A stretch of DNA of 64,000 nt, taken from assembly GCA_000165425.1 (NCBI GenBank), contig CT868015.1, forward strand, positions 62,001-126,000, read 5' to 3'. Made by a program: the position numbers and the translations under genes. This DNA comes from Paramecium tetraurelia (Eukaryota). This document shows, one piece after another, positions 49,704 to 63,510 of the stretch. Positions within the stretch are counted from its first letter, which is position 1; the number at the start of each line of letters is the position of its first letter. The notes under the pieces are model-generated. The model was not told the DNA's origin. It saw nothing but the letters and a program-made list of their open reading frames with translations, and did not search any database.

Positions 49704-52700
49704 ATGATTGTCAAAATACTCTTAAAGACCTACATGGCATTGCAAGCATTTAGCAAACGATATCTACTAGCCTTGAATGATTTGGTGTATGAGAGAAATC
49801 AGGATCACATTTTTTAAATTATAATTGTCTAAATTTTTATCATTCTTCATGAATTGCAATAGATCGAACTTTCAACCAATCCCAACTTTAATTAGTATTA
49901 TTATTGAATATTTAGCTTAATTTTAGAAATTGCAAAGCGATACAGGATCAGTTTTTTATTACCAGTAAATTCCATCTCTGCACTCTATGTAATTGCTACA
50001 TTTACAATAATCTCTTTTGTCATAATCATCATAGTCACAATTTGTTACATGCAAAAACTAATTCAATCAAATTCAATCATCTATTATGTGCTCTCTATCA
50101 ATCATTATCTACTGATCATTCCAATCTTTTTTGCAGGATTTCAAAATGTGACCCAACAAACAGTCAACGGAATATCCATCGTATGCATGCTATTATCATT
50201 TATAATTGAAATATTCAATCTCACTTTGAACACAAAACTGCATTTCATCGAAACCGAAGGAGCCTATTATTCAACAAAAATGCATTTCTTACAAATTATG
50301 TTCAACATTTTATTTTGCTTAATACGTGCAATTGCACCACAGAAGTTCCTAATCATTCAAATATTTCAAATTATCCTCAAACTAATTTACTGCATTAGCA
50401 TAATCTAAAAATAAGATCGCAATACTACTTTTTAATTATCAATACAAACTATCATCATAATTTAGATACTCTTAAATACCTTTAAATTGGATTGGTGTCA
50501 AATAATGATTTATTTTATCCTAGGTATTACTCTAATAATTGCAATTAGATAAAAGATTATCTTATATTATATATTGAATAATAATCAAGTATCTTTATTA
50601 AAACTATAAATTCATAATTTAGTTCAATTTAACAAAAAGAAAAAGATCATTGAAATCTTGATTGCATCTTAAATTCAATATGCAAGTCTCGATGCCTTTC
50701 AAATCGTTAAACATTTCGATACTTTTGATCAGAAAATACAGTACATAGATCATTTAAAAAATAAAAATTGCATGAAAGGACTCCTACTATTGTCCAAAAT
50801 CAAATCAGAAAAATTCTCCTATCTTTAATAACTTAAATTGTAGACCCTCAGGAAGAAATTGAACACCAATTGCAAACGCTATTACAGTCAACAAGAAGAG
50901 ATTAAATTAGCCACAAAAGTATTGATAGTGGAAGATAAAATAATTATGATTTTAAACAAAATATCGAGACTCAAAATAGAATTTTTATTGTAATTAAAAA
51001 GTGATCTAGAGGAGCAAGCATACATCAAAGCAATTCTGAGAGGCTTTAATAAGATTACCCAAGAATTGCAAAATTAGTAACATCAATTTGAATCTCTGAT
51101 AGATTTAACCTAGTTAAAAATGAAATATTTACCATAAAGTGACATTCTAACTTTAAAACACATTGCTAATTTCTATTAAAACTTTTACTTAGATTTCGAG
51201 AAAGTAATCTATCATATCTATTAAAAAGGCTTAATAAATAAGAAACAAAATTGTTGATAGAATATCATGGAACAAAATGATGAATCTCTAAATTGAAGCA
51301 TGTAATTAAAGATATTTATCCAATAGGTCAATCTTTGGTCATTCAAATCAGCTATTTGAAGGAATTCGGAAAGGTTTGCCAACTTAATTTATAGAGATTG
51401 AAATAGACCTTCCCTAATTTGAAAACCGTGCCTCAAAATATTTCTGATATACTGCCTCAGTTTTGGAAGGATTCCTACTATAAATTAATTTAAACATATT
51501 TGGATTCATCATCAAAATCCAAGAATTAATTTGAAGGCATTTTAAACAATGATGCCTTCATCCAACCTTGTTAGATCTATTTATCCTATGAACTTACACC
51601 TGATGACATTATTATTAATCAGTTGATTATTATGGAAAAATTAACTCCATAAATATTATGGTTTAATTCAGATGGAAAGATACTTGGTATTTCTAAGGAA
51701 ATCTATGAGCATTTAATTTAAAAATCAGGGAATGCCTTTACTTAATAATTGAAAGTCAATTAATTTTTGGAGAATGCCATGATATAGTTTTATATTGGTG
51801 AAATTTATTCTTAGGTGTTGCAATTTTAATCTCTAACATTGTAAGAATAGTATTCTCAAAAAATTTCGACTTAATGGAAATTTCCATTAAATCATAAAAA
51901 ATGCTTTGATAAAGTCAAATAATTTTACAATGAAGAAGTTTCTTTGACTTCTAAGAAATCGTTGTAATAAATCTTCTATTCTCAGTCTACCAAAAATATG
52001 TTCAATAATTTTAAATCGAAAGTGACAATTGCTTAAGCCACAGACCCTAAAATTCAGAACATTCCAATCAAAATAATAAAACCCAATTACCAAGAATCAA
52101 TATCTAAGATAGTGATCAGTTCTAAGTCTATCAGCATAGATATCGAATACGAATTAAATCTTAAAATATACGAATAAATTGAAGGTGACCAGATTGGCTT
52201 ATTTTCCATGAACTTTTTACAAGTGGAAGGATTGAAGAGTCATATCTCATAAGATTAATACATTTAGTAAGGGTTGAATCATCTGCTGAATAATATCTAG
52301 CAATGCGAATAATAATAGAGCAATTTGGAATAAAGCCAAGTTTAAGCAGAAAATCTAATCAGTCACAAAGGTCACTATAGACATATCAAGATATCTTTAT
52401 TTCTGCTCCTCATAGTTTCTCTCATTTTGATAATCCTGTCTTACTTTAACATCGCAGCAAATCAAAGTGATATCAAAGTTTTTGAGTATTATTATGATTA
52501 TGCCATTTATCCACAAGCTATTACATTCGCTTATGCTGCACTCTTTTTGAATCAATGGAATCGATAATGTTCGATATCCAAACTTTATAATTTATCTGAA
52601 TTGGTTGAGACATCTAGATTAGGATCCCTTGAATTCGTGAATGGGATATTCTTAGCAAGATACAATATAGATTCAATGGGTTGTTATCTCTTGAGTCTTG

Positions 52701-54188
52701 ATATCCATTAGGAAACAATAATAGCTGATTATTACAGTAATGATACTCTCCAAAGAGATGAGTTGAATTACTTACAATTCTTTGATATAGCTAGAACAAA
52801 GATGGATAAAATGCATAGAGAGAATCTAATTAATTACAAGACACCTTTGGAAGACTATTCAACGTTGAATTCATCTAGTTTTATAAGGCAAAATGTAATC
52901 AAGATATTTGTATTTTGTGATATTGCAATGGATGCTCTGATTTAGATTGTATTAGATAAAATTGAGCAATCAACTTTATAGTTCAATATCATCCTAATTA
53001 TAGAAGGCAGTTTGGCACTAATCATTATTTTCGTTCAATCAAAAACTATGTTTAATTCTTCAGATTTAAAAAATAGAATATTCTAATTGTTAAGTCATCT
53101 AAATCATGATACTATTCATGAAATCATTATTCAATTAGGTGAAATGAATCCTTATCATACTATGACATCCACTATTTAGAATCAATCTACAATCAACAAC
53201 TAATAATCATCTCGTCTCATTAAACAAAAAGCAACTGTGTAAATCAATCATAAATTGATCAATCATAAATATCAATCTCTTAAATCCTTTATGTTACCTT
53301 TAACCTATTTTATTATATTCTTAACTTTAGGATTATCAGTTTCCTTTTTGCATTTAGAATACTACTAATAATACAAGTAGTCTTTGAGAACTACCTTTTA
53401 GTTTGTTAAGTTAAAGAAAATATTTGATAGTTCAGTATTGTTGGGGGAACTCATTAAGACAGAATACTTAATAAACTCAGATTCATTGCAACACATCAAT
53501 TAAATTGAAATTATTTCACAGTTTTTTAATTATACTGATTAATTGTTGCCTATCATTAATAATATCATTGACGAAGTTATGGAGAATGATATTTTTAATT
53601 CATCTACCCAGGAATTAATTATGACTGCTTTGTAAGGGAATTTGTGTGAGAAATTTCCGAATTTCTATTATTATTGCAACATCTCTTCTACTTTGAATTA
53701 TACTGAAAAAGATATTACTTATATGTATTTAACATAGGGGATTAGTGGCATGATGCAAAAATATTAAAATTTATTATAGAGTGAGTTTTCATTTGAAAGA
53801 GACTCCTTACAATATCAAACCAACACTACACTGCTATAGGAATTTTTAGATTCATAAATTCATCAGAACATTTTTGTGTAATATTTTTATGATATGGAGT
53901 ACTTGGTCTTTACTAGTTTCCACTATTTTTATGATCAAACTTTAGCTCTGGGTTAAGAGGTAAAAGATAAATTAAGTTACTTCTTCTTATACTCTGGACT
54001 GATGTAAATATCTATCCTATTTTTCTAGTTCATTGGCTTTGATAACTGTTGAATTTCTAATTTGGTATTATTTGGAAGATTAAGAATTTACTTAATTGAA
54101 ATTTATAATTACACTACTGCCCTAGTCTTTACTCAGGAATAGGAACATTAGTAGATTGGTTCTGAGAACTATTACTTAAATTTATTGA
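49704..54188 (+). CDS. Tandem paralogue of the preceding PAS-like membrane protein, copy 2
   Basis: Same layout and shared motifs: ISDILPQFWKDSYYKLIQTYL, FNSDGKILGISKEIYEHLIQKSGNAFT, FDSSVLLGELIKTEYLI. TGA 54186-54188. Confidence 0.7.
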
Positions 54189-54224
54189 ATAATTAATTGA
54201 CTTTATAGTTATATATATATAATT

Positions 54225-55454
54225 ATGAAACAAATTAAACCAGCTGCTTCAATTCCAACTAAAGTCAAAGGCAAGGAACTTATTCTTAAATCATAGAACA
54301 TTTAAAAAATAAAGCAATATGAATTTGATCACTTTTTAGACAAAGTTAACCAACCAAAAAGAATAGATAAATTCACAGAGTAAGTTCCTCCTCTGCCTTG
54401 CTAATTTAAATAGCGATAAGTCAAAGAGATTATAACTCTGCCAGAATTTATATAAATGGAAAATCCTCCCCCTTTTGGAGGTGCTCAAGCTGTCAATGAC
54501 AAGGATGATGTAAAAATTTTGCTATTATAAGTAAGCCATTTTGGAGGAGAAATTATAGATGGAGTTGTTTCAATACTTGAAAATTAAGTAATTGAAATAA
54601 GAAGAACAGTAAGAGAGATACTCTTCTATCCATGAGGATAACTACTCTGACACTATTGTTACAATTGAAAATATTTAACATGAATTGTAAAAGGAGCATG
54701 ATCAATATATAGAGAAGTTTGTGAAAAAACTAGAAGAGGAGAAAATTGAGAAGAAAGTTTAAGAATTTGTAAGATTGCCGCTACCAGAATTGCTGAAGAT
54801 CCCAAATTAATTCCCCATTTAGAAGAAGGTAATCTATAATATTCTAATAATGCTTAGGATCAATATAGGGCTCTATCTGCTTAAGACAGGAAACAGGTGC
54901 AAAATGAACATGAAGTAAAACAGTCTGAGATCAAGGCTGAAATTCCAAAAAAAAGTCTGTAGGAGATGGAAAAAATGATAGAGGAAACAAAGAAAGACTA
55001 TTTCAAAATTATAAGAGATTTGGATTTCCTAAATAAAGGGGCTAGACAATTGAAAAATGCTACTTCGTAATAGTATGGTATCAGAAAGAAGGTTGATGAG
55101 CCCAACATTGAGAAACTAATCAAATAAGTAAAAGATACAATTTGGTATACTGAAGGTCTAACAAATGGATTTGATAGAGAGATGGCATTAATTTAGCATA
55201 AAAATTCTCAGGCTAAAAATCTGATTGACATCAATAAAGTATTAGAGCAATCTGATCTGTAAGAATAAAATTAGCAAATAATAATTAACAAAGAGGAAAT
55301 TCCAGCAAGGAGTGAGAAACAAGAGGATAAGAAATTAAACAATTCAAGTTTAATTTCATAAAAGACTCAGGCATCTGCAAAAACTGTCACGAAGGTTGTG
55401 AATTCTAAGAAAGGTAAAGAACTTCAAGATATGATGTCTGATGATTTATTTTGA
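54225..55454 (+). CDS. Coiled-coil hypothetical protein
   Basis: ATG 54225 (MKQIKPAASIPTKVKGK), K/E/Q-rich, short introns, ends MMSDDLF-TGA at 55452-55454. Confidence 0.75.
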
Positions 55455-55649
55455 AAATTACTATGATTTTTAATATATTATAATTGAAATAGTTTTGTGT
55501 ATTGATTTTCAAAAATTTGACAAAGCTAGAATACCTCTACTTTAATAAATTAAAAAAATGCTCTAAATTAAATCAATTATTATTAAGAGATTTCGTAATA
55601 TTCTGATTTAAAATCACATAAATTTATTTAATAACAGACTCACTGCATC

Positions 55650-56497
55650 ATGGATAACAATGTTAATAGTGTTCCAATTGGCGATCAATAATCTTCGCAA
55701 AGGGTCTAGCTGAATAATTCGAAAAATAATAAATTAGACTACAATTAGCTTTTAAAGTATTCTTAAGCTTGTGATCTACCAAAAACAGATATTGATACAT
55801 TATTAAAAATATTCAAAAGATTAGATATCAATAAATAGGGCTTTCTGAGCTATCACGATATGATTGATCTATTAAAGGGTATGTAATTGTGAATTGAAAA
55901 ACTAGAATTTGGATTCTTGATTGATTAATAATGCAAGGAGAAGATCTTTAAAGAAATCGAGCTCAGAAATACATAATAATTGGATTTCTAAACTATCATT
56001 TTCGTTACAAAAGTGTGCAAGGGATTTGAATCAGAGAACAAACATGAGGAGCAATAAATACACTTTAATGAATTCAGTACAATACAAACAAACTATTTTA
56101 GTCGATGCATTTGTAGCTCTAGGAGGAGAACCTGATGCAAGTGGGTATGTCCATAAAAATAGAATAATTGAAATTTTAAAAGACGAATTTGATTTATAAT
56201 TCGATATTGATGAATTTTTAGAGTAATTGGAAGTTCAAAATGATCAACTTGATTTTGACAATTTCAAAAGTCTCTTTAAAGCTAACAATAAATAATCAAT
56301 GAAAAAAAATAGTAGTTTGCTTTCCGTATATATATCCTCTTAATTCATAGCTATTTTCATAAAGATCCATGGTGAAATCTACTTCGAGTATATCTACAGT
56401 AAAGATACGAATGAAAGACTTTGAAAAATTTGTTTAGAAATTAGAATAAGAGGATTCTGAATTTCTCAGCTAAGCATCCCCCATTAAGAAGGGCTGA
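55650..56497 (+). CDS. EF-hand protein related to the calmodulin-like outer-arm dynein light chain LC4
   Basis: EF loop FKRLDINKQGFLSYHDMIDLL and the LC4-like signature LVDAFVALGGEPDASGYVHKNRIIEILKDEFDLQFDIDEFL. TGA 56495-56497. Confidence 0.75.
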
Positions 56498-56716
56498 GTG
56501 ATTATAATTCATTTATTGTTATAATTTAAAAACGTACTTATGTGTTATAAATAAATCAATCAACATCATTGTAAAAAGACATTTATGTTGTATATGTTAA
56601 AAGTAAATAAATATTTATATCGATTTTGAATTATTATAATTATCATTTAGAATTTTAATCATATAGTTTTTAATTTATAATCTTTATAATCCAAAAATCA
56701 ATTTCCCCCTTAACAA

Positions 56717-57480
56717 ATGATTGTTTTAAAATATGCTAGATATATTAAAATCTAGACCAATTTCATGAGATTGATATTCCAATATATTAATATTGATATA
56801 AAATATAGGTATTGATAAAGATTAATAGAATTTTTGTATAAAAAGGAAAAATCGAAATTGAAAGATTAGAATTATGGCAAATTTAGGAATTGATTGTTAA
56901 TAAAAAAATGCAGTATTTAGGGATTGATTTATATTAAATAGTAAATTATTATAAAATTATGATAACTCTACACTTTTTTTACAATATGGAGAAACCTATT
57001 TGTGAAAAATTCCAACTCATTCCTGTTAAATTTAGAAAGAACCTTTGTTAAAGAGTCAGAGACATAAAGGCAAAGTAACAAAGAAAGAAAAAGAAAAAGG
57101 AAAGAGGAAAGTATAGAAGCTATAGTCTAAGTTTAAAAATTTGTGCGCTCAAATGGATCGAGGAAGGAATAGATGAAAGAACGATTTCAGATAAATTAGA
57201 TATACCATTAAAGAACATAAGAAGGTGGAAAAAGCAAGGTCCTTTTCGAAAGTAAGGATGTGGGCGCAAATCAATCGATTTGGAAATGGAATAAAAACTG
57301 GCAGCATGGTGTCATGAAACCATTAGAAATACCAATAAAAGAGTCTCTCGAGCCATGATTTAAACTTAGGCCTTGAAAATGATTAAGTAAGGAGTTGATT
57401 TCAAAGCAAGCAAAGGATGGACAGATAAATTTGTTAGAAAATATAAACTAATTAGAAATAAAAGGATTTCAAAATCATGA
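56717..57480 (+). CDS. DNA-binding protein with tandem HTH modules of CENP-B/pogo (Tc5) transposase type, no catalytic domain
   Basis: RGKYRSYSLSLKICALKWIEEGIDERTISDKLDIPLKNIRRWKK, then EMEQKLAAWCHETIRNTNKRVSRAMIQTQALKM...DFKASKGWTDKFVRKYKL. TGA 57478-57480. Start is tentative (needs a 20-nt intron; an in-frame ATG also lies at 56986). Confidence 0.8.
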
Positions 57481-57905
57481 AATATAATAATTAAAATATA
57501 ATACAATTAGGGCAATCACCTTCATTCTATAAATTAAATTACTTATCTATGCATGTTAATGTTTCAAACTATGTGCAATTAAGATAAGTTTAAATCAATT
57601 TAATTGACTAAAATTGATTAATCATCTTCTCTTGAATTAATCACTATATCTGTATGAATTGTAAGAAAATATAAATATTTTGGATAATGAATCAGATCTT
57701 TTCAGAGGAGAATCTTGATTATTAGATACTATATTGATATTTGATGTATGTTTCAATATGAATAAATATAATATTTGCAATTATTCAAACGTAAAAGTAG
57801 ACATATGAAGGAATTCTCAAAAGTATATATATTGATAAATAATTACATTAATTATCAACAAAAAATCAAGAATAATTTTTAAATTATTTATTATATATTC
57901 TCTGC

Positions 57906-58769
57906 ATGTTCCTTAAAAAGACTAGATTTCTGCTTTCTACAGTTATTTTTGATCTAAAGGGTGAACCTATTTTATTCCAGAAACCTAAATATGTAAGTAA
58001 TAATAAAGGTAACATACTTAGAGTCAAATGGCTTCAGAAATATTTTATAAGACGCTTAAAATAGAGGGTAAATTTGAGAAAAACAACATCGATGATTTCC
58101 TACAATAATAATTAAAAGAATAGGAATTAAGCAAAATCAAGCGAAAAGAGGTAAATAAATCACTACTAATTCATAGTTTTTAATAATAGGTACTTTTTTG
58201 TACAAATATAATTTTGTTTAGGAAGATCAAATGTGGGCAAATCTAGTTTATTAAATGCTTTATTAGGAAGGAATGTTGCTGAAACTTCGAATTACCCTGG
58301 GAAAACAAGATCCTTAGATTTTTATAATTTAGGTTAATCAAAGGTGATTGTTGATTCCCCTGGCTACGGTTTTGCAAAGGGGAACAAGAAGGATATACAA
58401 CATTGGGGATATCTCATGCAATATTATATCAAAAACTCTCCTTTCTTAAAATAATCATATGTTCTGATTGACAGTGAGCATGGGTACTTAAAATTACTTA
58501 ATCATCATCAGATTTAAGGATGTGGATGCTATGACATTATAATTGATGTAAAGTTTGGAAAAGCCATTTACAATTGTATTCACAAAGTGTGATAAAATTT
58601 CCAAAATTGATGAATTGGTTTAAAAAAGTAGAGAAAATTTAGAAAAGCACATCTATTCGTCTCAAGTGCTTCATTTTACAAGTGTGAGGTAATGTAAGCA
58701 TTTTAATTAACAAGAAATAGAACTGGTCTAGTTGAATTATAATAAAGTATAGCCTTCTATTGTTAATGA
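57906..58769 (+). CDS. EngB/YsxC (GTPBP8-like) ribosome-biogenesis GTPase, probably mitochondrial
   Basis: G1 [13 protein letters not shown]2 PGKTR, G3 DSPGYG, G4 FTKCDK. Basic N-terminus [11 protein letters not shown], many short introns, TGA 58767-58769. Confidence 0.9.
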
Positions 58770-59016
58770 GTATTTAAAATATAATGATTATTAATTCTTG
58801 AGAAACATATAAAAGATGAGCATATTAGCTAATTTCTTATTGTATGCCGTTTGTGCTTTCAATATAGTTTTCTTGTTATGAGCTAAAAATTAAATAATGG
58901 AACTGTGAATTAAATTATATTTTTTTGTAATATATCATCAATTTTATTTGAAAGCATAAAGATCGCTTAGTTCACTATTTATAAATGATGAACTTAATAG
59001 TTGAATATATTTAATA

Positions 59017-61688
59017 ATGAAAATTAATAATAAAGAATTTTGGTATTATTTCAAATGCTTAATTGACATTGCTCTATCGGCGATAATTTATGGTTATTCA
59101 AAAGATTCTTTTATTGTAACTATCAATACAGTTACAATCCAATTATTGGGCATAATATTATCACCTTGCATTAAGAAGAAATTTGGTGGAAAGAAGAGAA
59201 AATATATATAAATTGTTATGTAATTGGCTTAATTGGCACAAATATTTTATTGTTGCTTCTATTTCACAGAAATATTGAGATATGGCTATTTACTTATTAA
59301 ATTTTATGAAAAACAATTAATTGATAATCTATAAAAGCAACTTAGTTACATATTTTTAATTGCTTTGAATGCTCTATAATTGTTTTTGATGATATCATCA
59401 AATGAATAAGGAGTTACTTATTTTACAGTAGGATATGCAACGATGTTGATCTTTAAAGAAAAACATCAAAATTTGAAAAAATAAGAGAAAAATAAATTTA
59501 AGGAGTTAGAAAAAACAGACATCAAACCCACATAATACTAAACCAGATAATCCTTGTTAATTAATCGCATAAATGAATCTGTTAGTTTGAAGTGGATGAA
59601 TAAATTATAAACCTTTCCTGTTGGGATTGTAATTGTAAAAAAATAGAATTTAGAAATTTTATTTGAAAATGATTAATTGCTCTAGATTTTTGAAGCTGAA
59701 AACGATATCGGGAAGTTTATTCTTGAGAATTTGGATTGCACAATAATTTAAAAGAAAAACACCTATTTTTAGCATTAAACCAGTATAGTATTAGACAAAA
59801 ATGGAGTGCTCTAAGCCTCAGGAACATTGAATTTACCGTAGCAGAAAATGTAAAATAAGACTTTTACGATTAAACAAATTTTAAATTTATTAAATATAGG
59901 GCATTTAGAAAAATTTAAGACCCGGGATGATCAATTGGAATTATCAGCTACTTTATGTAAAGGAAATGAAGCCTTTTTTGAAGAGAGAAATCTATTATTT
60001 AAAATTTCATCGGCCTAAGACGAAAATGAATTTTTGATTATTATTCAAGATATCACACTCTAAACAAATTTCAAGAAGATAGAAACAAAAGAGCAGTTTA
60101 TTGTAAAAATGATTGATTCCTTCTCCCATGAACTAAGAACACCATTGAATAGTGCAGAACTATTTCTCTAAGCTTTAAGTTAAACTAATTCCTTACCTGT
60201 TTAATTAAAAGAAAGTTTTATAGATCCTGCAAAAAATTCATTAAGATTACAAGCATACATAATAAGAGACATAATTGATTTCACATAATTCAATTAGAAG
60301 ATGATCAAATATGAATTCTCAGATTTCAATTTTGTAGATATTATCCAAGAAATCAATGATCTGTTTAAACTAATTTTTTAACATAAAAAAATAGGATTAC
60401 ATGTAAATGCTCAGAGATCTATTCCAACCGTCATCAAATCAGATTATTATAGAATCATGTAAATCTTAGTAAACATTCTCTCAAATTCAGTTAAGTTTAG
60501 TTCCAAAGGGTAAGTGGAAGTTGTAATTCAAGGCTTCGACGGTTATGTGTTATTTAGTATCTAAGATTAAGGATAAGGCATAGAACCATAACTATTGACA
60601 AAAATTTAATAAACCCTTCAAGATTTTGCTTTGAATAGAAGTCTTTCTTAATAGCATGAATGGCAAGGGTTGGGACTTTTGGTGAGTCAGATGAACTTGA
60701 TAACTTTGGCACCTCAAAATAAATCCCATCTTTAAATTACATCTAAAGGTTTGAATCAAGGAGTTGAAGTTAAATTCAGAATTAAGACTCAGAGCTAAAT
60801 TTTCACATAATAGTTACCTTAGCATAAAACTTATAAAAGAGGATCACTATAAACACCTAACACAGTTCCCGATCTCAGCGAAGGCTTATAAGGTATTCAA
60901 ATTCAATCTACATAATTAGGCTTATTAATAATTACAAATGCTGAATACAAGAATACTTCAGTCAAAAATATACCTGTTAAAGAACTTCCTTCAGTGGCTG
61001 AGTATTATGGGAAACCATCATCTAATTAGATGGTTGGACTGTAGAATTAAGTTGAGACGGATCTTCAAATTCAAGGTATAAAGTGATATTATATTAGCAT
61101 TTAGATACTGATAGATATGGTTTGACTCATCAGCTTATTTAAATATAATAAAATTTCAATCCTAAATTTATGACTACTAAACAAAGACAAAATTCATTAG
61201 CATCAAGAATGTAACAAAGAAATGATGACCAGAGTTAACTGTAAACAAATTTCAGTAAAGTAAAATTCAAATTTAAATGTTCATGTTAAAGAGCTTTGTC
61301 TGTAGACGATGATTCTTTCAATCAAAAAGCTCTTGAAATGATTCTTGGACAGATGGGATTTGAGATACAACTTGCATATAATGGTTAATAAGCAATTGAA
61401 ATTGTCAAAAATGCTAAAAAATGCTGTGAAAATTGTTAACTCTATGCTTTCATTTTGATGGATTGTTAAATGCCTATTCTAGATGGATGGTAAACAACCA
61501 AAAGATTGAGGAATATGATGAGTGGGAATATCATACCCTCGATTCCTATTATTGGATTGACTGCATTCAATGGACAATATGAAATAGAAAAATGTTATGA
61601 AAGTGGAATGCAAACAGTTTTGACTAAACCATTGAATATTGACGACTTCAAACAAACTTTGATACGCATTTACAGGTTTGTTTTATGA
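59017..61688 (+). CDS. Membrane-bound hybrid histidine kinase (TM + HisKA + HATPase + receiver)
   Basis: H-box SFSHELRTPLN, N-box RIMQILVNILSNSVKF, G1 IQDQGQGI, G2 GLGL. Receiver motifs SVDDDSFN, ILMDCQMPILDG, IIGLTA and LTKP. TGA 61686-61688. Confidence 0.93.
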
Positions 61689-61745
61689 ATTAGTAAAGTA
61701 ATATGAACTATTGATTTGACATGATATAAATTTCAAATTTTCTTA

Positions 61746-62209
61746 TCAGCTTAATCTGGTATTTTAAGCATTTCTTAATAATTATAAATCATTATACCTT
61801 TGATTTTCTCATCGAATGATGTGTCATCTAAACTACTTAAATTAATTGATGGGAAGTATGCTTTTGGATCAAAATATCCTAAAATGGTCATCTAATCATA
61901 TTGAACCTTTTGCAATCAGGAAGTTTTATCTTAAAACTATTTCTTTGACCTTGTTGTCATCGAAGTATATCATGTCATCATAAGGATCGAATTCTTAAGT
62001 TCCAGGTTTTCCCAATCTCAGGAACTCCCGAATTTTCTCTGGGTCTAACGATTATCCTTTAGGAATATTTTGAGTTGGCTTATAATTGATAACCTTGTAA
62101 ATTTATGACCACGCCTCAGGATCGTTTCTATCTAAGATTTTACTAGAATGGGATTACATTTATCCAATAAATTAGCAAAATCTTGCATCACTTATTCAGG
62201 TTTCTGCAT
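61746..62209 (-). CDS. Hypothetical protein
   Basis: ATG 62209. Three short GT..AG introns (26, 28 and 24 nt) join into MQKPEQVMQDFANLLDKYRNDPEAWSQIY...GYFDPKAYFP... ending at TGA 61746. Confidence 0.7.
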
Positions 62210-62254
62210 TTTAATTTTTAAATTATTAATATTTTATACTGATTATACTCACAC

Positions 62255-63344
62255 TCATTTAATTCTCACAGCATCTATTTGAATTAAGGTTGGTATTAAA
62301 GACAGTAATTGCATTTTGTAATCAGGGAATTATGCTACAGGATTTTATTCGACATAGATAGTTTTGATATTTGGATTGAGTTTCAATTATTCAAAGTCTT
62401 TAAAATATTCAATTTTATTATTATTTAACTATTATTATTATTTTATATAATACCCATAAATCTTATAGTTGTTATAATTAGTCTATTCCTTAAACTTTAG
62501 TAATCTTATTATGAGCTAGATCCAACAATTCCAATTATTTTAAGGGATTCAAATTTTCAATAGTTGCTATGAAATTTTCAGCTATTTAAAGGTAATTCAA
62601 GTTTTATAGACATTGTATTTCAGGTTGTATTATCTAAATTTTGTTGCAAGATAAGGATAATAATTCCAATGTATTAGCTAAAGGTTCAAGATTTTTGATA
62701 ATCTAGATTTTATTTTTACCTAAAAACAATTCTCTTAGGTTAGGTAATCTATCCAGATTTTCAATTTCCGCAATTTTATTGGATCCAAGTTCCAACATTG
62801 TAAGTTCAGGAAAATCTAAATTTTGGATCTTGGAATAATGGTAATGATTACCTTTTTGATTTTGTTACTTAATAAAAATAGTTTCTTGAGTTTCTTTTGG
62901 TTTTCTAAATTTTCTATTTTTTTGATATTGTTGAATGACAGATCAAGGATTTCTAAATTGACTAGCAATTCAATATTCTCTATCTTAATCAAACGATTGT
63001 CATATAAATCTAATTCTTCAAGTAACACACAATTTTAGAGACCTTCCAATTTGGAAATTAAATTTGTTCTTAAACATAATCGTTTTAGATTCACACATTT
63101 ATCCAGAGCTTGTATATTTGGGATTCTGCCTTCAATGCAGCTGATATCCTTGAATGAAATTATTAGTTACTTCATCTTCTTGATTGATTTCAAAAGGAGG
63201 CTGTCCCAGATATTTATACTAGATTTTTTGCTTCTCTTATTCAAAAGGTTGAACAACTACTTTCTTCTCGACTTGCTTTTAATTCTCAGCACCTTGGTTG
63301 TCTTGTTGTTGTGGTTGATTGTCGGCCTCTTAATTTTAATTCAT
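62255..63344 (-). CDS. SDS22: Protein phosphatase 1 regulatory subunit SDS22/PPP1R7-like LRR protein
   Basis: SDS22-type 22-aa LRRs: LEELDLYDNRLIKIENI, LEILDLSFNNIKKIENL, LELGSNKIAEIENL, LRELFLGKNKI, and an LRR cap TIYVEQNPVA...LIPTLIQIDA. Confidence 0.85.
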
Positions 63345-63510
63345 TTTGATAATGTTAAAAATAAATTTCTTTTATAAATAATAAGGATATATTTAGAGTT
63401 CAGTTGAGCTGTTGATTTTCATAAATATTAATAAGATCAAATAAAATAATAATAAATAAAAATGAATTTGTTATGGATTTTAAAATATTATTAATTTACA
63501 AATAAGAGAG

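Noticed and set aside
58790..59010. Possible small gene between EngB and the histidine kinase
   Set aside because: ATG-initiated frames hit TGA within a few codons, and no convincing intron rescues them.
62823..63377. Plus-strand hydrophobic ORFs in the track (62823..63038, 63051..63377)
   Set aside because: They are antisense shadows of the SDS22-like gene.
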